64,000 nucleotides of DNA from an uncultured Christensenellaceae bacterium. Its GTDB lineage: Bacteria > Bacillota > Clostridia > Christensenellales > UBA3700. Each line of letters opens with the position of its first letter. Within the stretch, counting starts at the first letter, position 1. The stretch covers positions 123,999-187,998 of the forward strand of contig CAJUOU010000003.1 in NCBI GenBank assembly GCA_910588545.1, given 5' to 3'. Shown here piece after piece: positions 59,343 through 64,000 of the stretch. The notes beneath the pieces were generated by a model. That model was not told the DNA's origin and did no database searches. It saw only the letters and a list, made by a program, of their open reading frames with translations. A program made the translations under genes and the position numbers.

Positions 59343-60916
59343 AAAACAAAAGATTAACTGTGTTGGTTTTGCTTACTTTACTCCTTGCTACTATACTTGT
59401 CCCTGTGCTTAGCGGTTGCAACAACAATGTGATTGTACTTAAAGTTTACAACGCTCAAGACTATATTCAACACGGGGAAGAAGAAAGCGTTTTAAGAGAC
59501 TTTGAAAAATACTACTTGGAAAAAACAGGTCAAAAAGTTCGTATTCAATATGATACTTTTGATACTTTGGAAAGAGCTTACACCATTATCAACAAGCGCG
59601 AGGCTGATTATGATGTTATGTGTCCAAGTGACTATATCATTGAAAAAATGAAGAAAAACGACCTTTTGGTTGAGCTTGACAAAAATAAAATTCCTAACCT
59701 TTCAAATATTCCGCCTTACCTTTTGGACAGAAACTTTGACAGAGGCAACAAATACAGCGTGCCTTATATGTGGGGAACTGTAGGTATTATGTACAACACC
59801 GATAAAGTTGACGAGGAAGACGTTAAAAATTGGGGTTTATTGTGGAATGACAAGTACAAAAATAAAATACTTATGAAAGACAGTATTCGTGACTCGGTAT
59901 TTATCGCAACAATTTACGCTTATCGTGAGGAATTGGAGGAACTTGCAAAAACAGCTACTCCTGAGGAATATCGCAACAAAATAAGCGATTTGACAAACAA
60001 TATTACCGCAGATAAACTTGCTCTTGTAGAAAAGGAATTGCGTACTCAATACGATATACTTTATGCTTACGAGGTTGACAGCGGTAAAGACTCTATGATA
60101 AATGGCGAAGCGTATGTAAACCTTGCTTGGAGCGGAGACGCTGTTTGGGCAATAGAGGAAGCTTTGGCAAACGGAATAAACCTTGATTACTATATCCCTG
60201 AAGAGGGGTCTAATGTTTGGTTTGATAATTGGGTTATACCTAAGTATTCCAAAAATGTGGACATTGCTCACGAATTTATAAACTTTATGTGTGACCCCGA
60301 CATTGCTCTTCGCAATATGGACGAAACAGGCTACACCACTGCTGTAATCTCCCCTGACATTATAGACTATATGACTGACGAAGAAGTAGATGCCAACGAT
60401 TTTACTTACCTTTTCGAAGATAAAGATGGCAATGTTTCCGCAGAAAATCTTGCTTTAATAAAATACTATAACGATGAGTACGGCATTGATTTTTACGCAT
60501 TGCAAATACCGGAATTGACAATGCCTTCCACAGATAGTGCCGAAAGATTAGTCGAAATGACAGACTTTGGCGAAAAACAGGATATGGTTGTTAAAATGTG
60601 GACAAGAGTTAAAGCCTTGCCGTTGGGATTGGAAGTTAAAATATTCAGCATTTTGCTTGCTATTTCAATAGTCGCAATTATCGCTTACTCTATTTACAAA
60701 AAAATCGCAAACAAAAAACTTGTTGCAGGCAAAATCGAACAAATGGGAAATAGCACTGCTGCGGTATCAGGTAATTTGTTTAGTAATATAAGCACTAAAA
60801 CAAAAGACTTGTTTGCTACAACTAAAAAGAAGTTTACCGCTTTATTCGATAGCTTTAAAAACAAAAAGTCCGAAAATGATAAAATCGATAATAATGACAA
60901 TCGGGACAATAATTAA
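59339..60916 (+). CDS. potD: Spermidine/putrescine-binding lipoprotein with an extra C-terminal TM helix and Lys/Asn-rich tail
   Basis: The lipobox is LSGC. The PotD-like core includes YDVMCPSDYIIEKM, YMWGTVGIMYN and NLAWSGDAVWA. A predicted TM (IFSILLAISIVAIIAYSIY, 60641-60697) is followed by a 72-aa tail. Confidence 0.85.
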   Translation: MKNKRLTVLVLLTLLLATILVPVLSGCNNNVIVLKVYNAQDYIQHGEEESVLRDFEKYYLEKTGQKVRIQYDTFDTLERAYTIINKREADYDVMCPSDYIIEKMKKNDLLVELDKNKIPNLSNIPPYLLDRNFDRGNKYSVPYMWGTVGIMYNTDKVDEEDVKNWGLLWNDKYKNKILMKDSIRDSVFIATIYAYREELEELAKTATPEEYRNKISDLTNNITADKLALVEKELRTQYDILYAYEVDSGKDSMINGEAYVNLAWSGDAVWAIEEALANGINLDYYIPEEGSNVWFDNWVIPKYSKNVDIAHEFINFMCDPDIALRNMDETGYTTAVISPDIIDYMTDEEVDANDFTYLFEDKDGNVSAENLALIKYYNDEYGIDFYALQIPELTMPSTDSAERLVEMTDFGEKQDMVVKMWTRVKALPLGLEVKIFSILLAISIVAIIAYSIYKKIANKKLVAGKIEQMGNSTAAVSGNLFSNISTKTKDLFATTKKKFTALFDSFKNKKSENDKIDNNDNRDNN

Positions 60917-60937
60917 AATTAACGTTAAAAAATTAGG

Positions 60938-60968
60938 GTGCAAGTTAAATCTTGCACCAATTTTTATA
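60938..60968 (+). terminator. potD terminator
   Basis: GGTGCAAG-TTAAAT-CTTGCACC followed by AATTTTTAT. Confidence 0.65.
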
Positions 60969-61136
60969 AATATAGCGATTTTCGCAAGGTATTTTTCATT
61001 TTCCAATAATTTAGTTTGAAATTATTTATTATTTTAACCGCAATTTCATTGTAGCAAAAGGAATTTTATGTTTCAAGAATTATATGTGCAACATTTTTTA
61101 AACTCACGTACATGACACGTGGTTTTGTTCACAACA

Positions 61137-61170
61137 AAAATGCCGAAATAAATTCGGCACTTTTATTATA
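61137..61170. terminator. Bidirectional terminator downstream of the beta-mannosidase gene
   Basis: AAAAATGCCGAA-ATAAA-TTCGGCACTTTT. Confidence 0.7.
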
Positions 61171-61186
61171 TTCAAACCTTTTAAAA

Positions 61187-63736
61187 TTATTTGAAAAACC
61201 ATTTTAAAACTACGTCTTTGATATTTTTAGGGGCTAGCAACACTCCTGTATTTTTTGCTATGTCACGTACTACATTACCTTTTGAGTCGATATTTGCAAC
61301 CGATTTGATACGCAATTTTTCAAGAACTTCCTGCTCTTTCATTTTACCCACGGGGATAGTGATTTCCGCTCTTCCGCCTGCCATAATATCAAAATAGTTA
61401 TTACTAAACGGCGTTTTTATGTTTTCCATAGATAATGCTACATATCTTGCAAATTTTTCCGCTTGAATACTTATTTTTGCAATGCCTTTCTTACAAACCA
61501 CACTAACTTTTAACTTAGGGTCAGGCAGCATAGCAAGTTTATTTTGCACAAACAAAAAGTCTTCCGCCGCAATTATTCTGCCCGACTTATCCGTAAGCTG
61601 TGCAACAAAAACAATCTCTCTTTCCTTGCCTGTTACAACTTCCTTTAAGTCCAATGTTGCTATAGTGCTGTTTTGATTTCCTGCAATCTCCACATTAAGT
61701 TCCCCGTTTGACATTACTATGCCGTCAAAGTCCTCGATTCTCCAATTTAAATTGCATTCCTCACTAATATTTACATCCGAGCTTAAATCGACTTTAACCA
61801 CGCCTTTATTGCAAGTAACCGTCATTAAGATAGGGGAAAATACTTTTTTTAATTTGTACATTACCGCTTTATAATGTCCCAAATAATCAATACCCGAGCA
61901 ATCTATACCCGCCCAACAGTCATTTAACGAAGTCATTATTACCCCTCGGCATTTTGACATATTACGTCTTAAATGCTCTATCATTTCGGTATAGTACTCC
62001 GCTTGAGTAAGTTGCGAATAATATATCAAATCAGACATACTTCTCGGAACTCTGAATCTTGACGAAATATAGTAAAGCATTTTATTGTTTCCGTCACGAT
62101 ACTTTTGCCTTTTTTCAAGCTCCAATCCGGATATGGTAAATTGCTTTTTGGATATAAATTCATCAAATACATTTGAGCTTGGCATTGACGGCATACCGAA
62201 CTCGCCGCAAAACCTAGGAGTATGTTTGCCTAATTTTTGCATAGACCTCATACCGCCCCAAACTTCCCACATGTTTGTGATTCCGTTTTTGTAATTGTTT
62301 ACCTTATCACAAAATTTGCCCGAAAGCGGAGAGGACGGAATATACAAGAAACCGCACCCCATATTTTTAATTCTTTCGGGGATTTTTTTATAAAACACGT
62401 CAAAAATCGCACCTTTTAACGGTTTTTTACCAAATGTCCTTGATAGTTTGTGCTCCATTTCGTAGCTACCGCATAGCAAAACTACCGACGGATGATAATG
62501 TAATTTTATTACGTTATATTTTATTTCCTTATCGACATTGGCAGAAAAATCTTGGTTTTCAAACGGATAAATCATGCCCGCAAAAGGCATATCTTGCCAT
62601 ACCATTATACCCCTTTCGTCGCACATAGTGTAAAATTCGTCAGGCATATATCCGTTGCCCGCAAACACTCTTATTAAGTTTGCGTTTATATTGATTATGC
62701 TATCCAAATAGCTTTCCATCTTCTTTTTATTAAAAAGCGATGACATGCTGTCAAGCGGCATTAAAGTAACACCTTTTACAAAAACCTTTTCGCCATTTAA
62801 AACTATTCCGAATTTTTTGTAGCTGTCTACTTCTTCCTCTTCAAACCTAATGTCTTTTAAGCCGTAATTGAATGTTTTGCTATCTATTATTTCGTCGTTT
62901 TTTAACAAATCAAGCGAAATTTTATATAGTGCGGGTTTTTGAACTTTTGTGTAAATATCCCAAAGTTCTGGTTTGTTTATAGTGGCAACCAAGTCGTTTT
63001 GTTCTTCCACCTTAGCGCTTACTACTTTTATTACATTACCATTCGGCTCGGTTATGTTAAGTTTTAATGAATAATTTACATTGTCGCCAAGCTGTTTGCC
63101 TTTTACAGGTGCTTTGACAATGATTATTTGCGATTTGGAAATAGCCTCATTCCTAACCTGCGGTTTGCCTAAATAAATTTCGTCGTATCCAACAATTTTT
63201 ATATTTCCGCAAATCCCGCTAAAAGGCAAAATCACATTATTGTTCCACCCGAAATGCACGGCAGGTTTACGTATAAACTGTACACCTGTCATACCCTCCT
63301 TATTGGTTGGCATTGGATTGTTTTCCAACTTATTCTCTATATATGTAATCGGCGAACGGAATTTTATCCTTATCTTATTTGTAAGCCTAGATACAAAATT
63401 TTTGATATCTACTGTGTATTTTATAAACGAATTTTCCGCCCTGGCAACTAACCTGTCATTTATATAAATATCCGCAATACAATCTAACTTATCCGCCTCA
63501 AGCATAATAACAGGTTTTTTTAGTATATCCAAAGGTAAAGTAAACTCGCGGGCGTATTCCCAATCACGCTCGCCTATCCATTGAGTCAAATCTTCATTAT
63601 TGTCATAATACGGGTGGTCAATCAAATTGTTCGCAAGCAAGTCGATATAATTGCTGCCGGGAACGACTGCCGTATACCATTTGCCTCTACCAACCTCATG
63701 AAAAGACCATTTTCCGTTTAAATCGAACTCTTTCAT
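61187..63736 (-). CDS. GH2 beta-mannosidase-like glycoside hydrolase
   Basis: The N-terminus NGKWSF...VPGSNYIDLLANNLIDHPYYDNNE...RDWEY, MVWQDMPFA and the nucleophile-region CGEFGMPS resemble beta-mannosidases. 849 aa, no signal peptide. Confidence 0.8.
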   Translation of the reverse strand: MKEFDLNGKWSFHEVGRGKWYTAVVPGSNYIDLLANNLIDHPYYDNNEDLTQWIGERDWEYAREFTLPLDILKKPVIMLEADKLDCIADIYINDRLVARAENSFIKYTVDIKNFVSRLTNKIRIKFRSPITYIENKLENNPMPTNKEGMTGVQFIRKPAVHFGWNNNVILPFSGICGNIKIVGYDEIYLGKPQVRNEAISKSQIIIVKAPVKGKQLGDNVNYSLKLNITEPNGNVIKVVSAKVEEQNDLVATINKPELWDIYTKVQKPALYKISLDLLKNDEIIDSKTFNYGLKDIRFEEEEVDSYKKFGIVLNGEKVFVKGVTLMPLDSMSSLFNKKKMESYLDSIININANLIRVFAGNGYMPDEFYTMCDERGIMVWQDMPFAGMIYPFENQDFSANVDKEIKYNVIKLHYHPSVVLLCGSYEMEHKLSRTFGKKPLKGAIFDVFYKKIPERIKNMGCGFLYIPSSPLSGKFCDKVNNYKNGITNMWEVWGGMRSMQKLGKHTPRFCGEFGMPSMPSSNVFDEFISKKQFTISGLELEKRQKYRDGNNKMLYYISSRFRVPRSMSDLIYYSQLTQAEYYTEMIEHLRRNMSKCRGVIMTSLNDCWAGIDCSGIDYLGHYKAVMYKLKKVFSPILMTVTCNKGVVKVDLSSDVNISEECNLNWRIEDFDGIVMSNGELNVEIAGNQNSTIATLDLKEVVTGKEREIVFVAQLTDKSGRIIAAEDFLFVQNKLAMLPDPKLKVSVVCKKGIAKISIQAEKFARYVALSMENIKTPFSNNYFDIMAGGRAEITIPVGKMKEQEVLEKLRIKSVANIDSKGNVVRDIAKNTGVLLAPKNIKDVVLKWFFK

Positions 63737-64000
63737 ACTTACCTCGGCTATAATTTTAGCATAAAATTATTAAAATGTAAAGAGAAAAGGAAAAACATAT
63801 CAACCAAAACGCATATATATTGCCTTCTTTTAGCAAATTATTTTTTACAAAATTCCCTATATATCATACATAAAAACCACCCTTAATGTTAAAATTTTCC
63901 AAATTATGTTGTTTAAAAGTTAATTTTGTGGTACAATTATTGTAATTATAAATTTTTATTGACATTTTTCAATAAATTTTAAGAGGTAAATATGACTCAA

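Noticed and set aside
63992-64000. A possible gene start (ATGACTCAA preceded by AAGAGG) at the right edge.
   Set aside because: Only three codons are visible, so it cannot be supported as a feature.

Overview
AT-rich, gene-dense chromosomal segment that looks like a low-GC Bacillota (Clostridia-like, probably uncultured gut lineage) genome. This placement is inferred from gene content and synteny (gltX-mrnC-rlmB, T-box-cysE-cysS, nrdDG with NrdR boxes), not from a search. About 50 protein genes are present, mostly on the minus strand, plus one tRNA-Arg(ACG).

Content:
- Housekeeping: nrdDG, tex, gltX, mrnC, rlmB, radC, pepV, pdxS, cysES, trxA, ade, and a YbiT-like ABC-F.
- Transport: two polar-amino-acid ABC systems, an HTH-cupin regulator with potABCD, and an MMPL permease.
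- Glycosidases: one GH13, a GH2 beta-galactosidase and a GH2 beta-mannosidase.
- Surface proteins: two BspA-type LRR lipoproteins, an 1189-aa GLUG/Flg_new protein, and a partial MBG-like repeat protein at the left edge.
- I saw no rRNA, CRISPR array, transposase, integrase or prophage structural genes.

Most unusual observations:
1. A small islet between tRNA-Arg and nrdD holds a tandem, in-register duplication (offset 1119 bp). It comprises an orphan 3' remnant of a putative toxin gene plus a 120-aa partner, followed by the full 205-aa gene (MuF-like Cys/His motif plus a C-terminal alpha+beta module) and a second 120-aa partner. The two partners differ only in their N-terminal halves.
2. An uninterrupted 1083-aa ORF fuses a cytoplasmic ApgM-type (cofactor-independent phosphoglycerate-mutase family) enzyme domain, through an acidic linker and one TM helix, to a roughly 540-aa extracellular beta-helix/Ig-like region.
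3. A class-II Fic gene is bracketed by about 65-bp imperfect direct repeats (three tandem TTGRACGG-like units plus a hairpin). A 5'-truncated, motif-degenerate Fic remnant sits on the other side of the GLUG gene.
4. Several housekeeping-type proteins are architecturally atypical:
- a circularly permuted family-3 solute-binding protein;
- two amino-acid ABC ATPases with large insertions at the same site;
- an ABC-F with one degenerate composite ATP site;
- an OmpR-type regulator lacking the phospho-acceptor residues;
- PotD with an extra C-terminal TM anchor.
5. Three phased operator-like repeat arrays lie in promoter regions.

All homology statements come from motif recognition by eye. No database search was possible.
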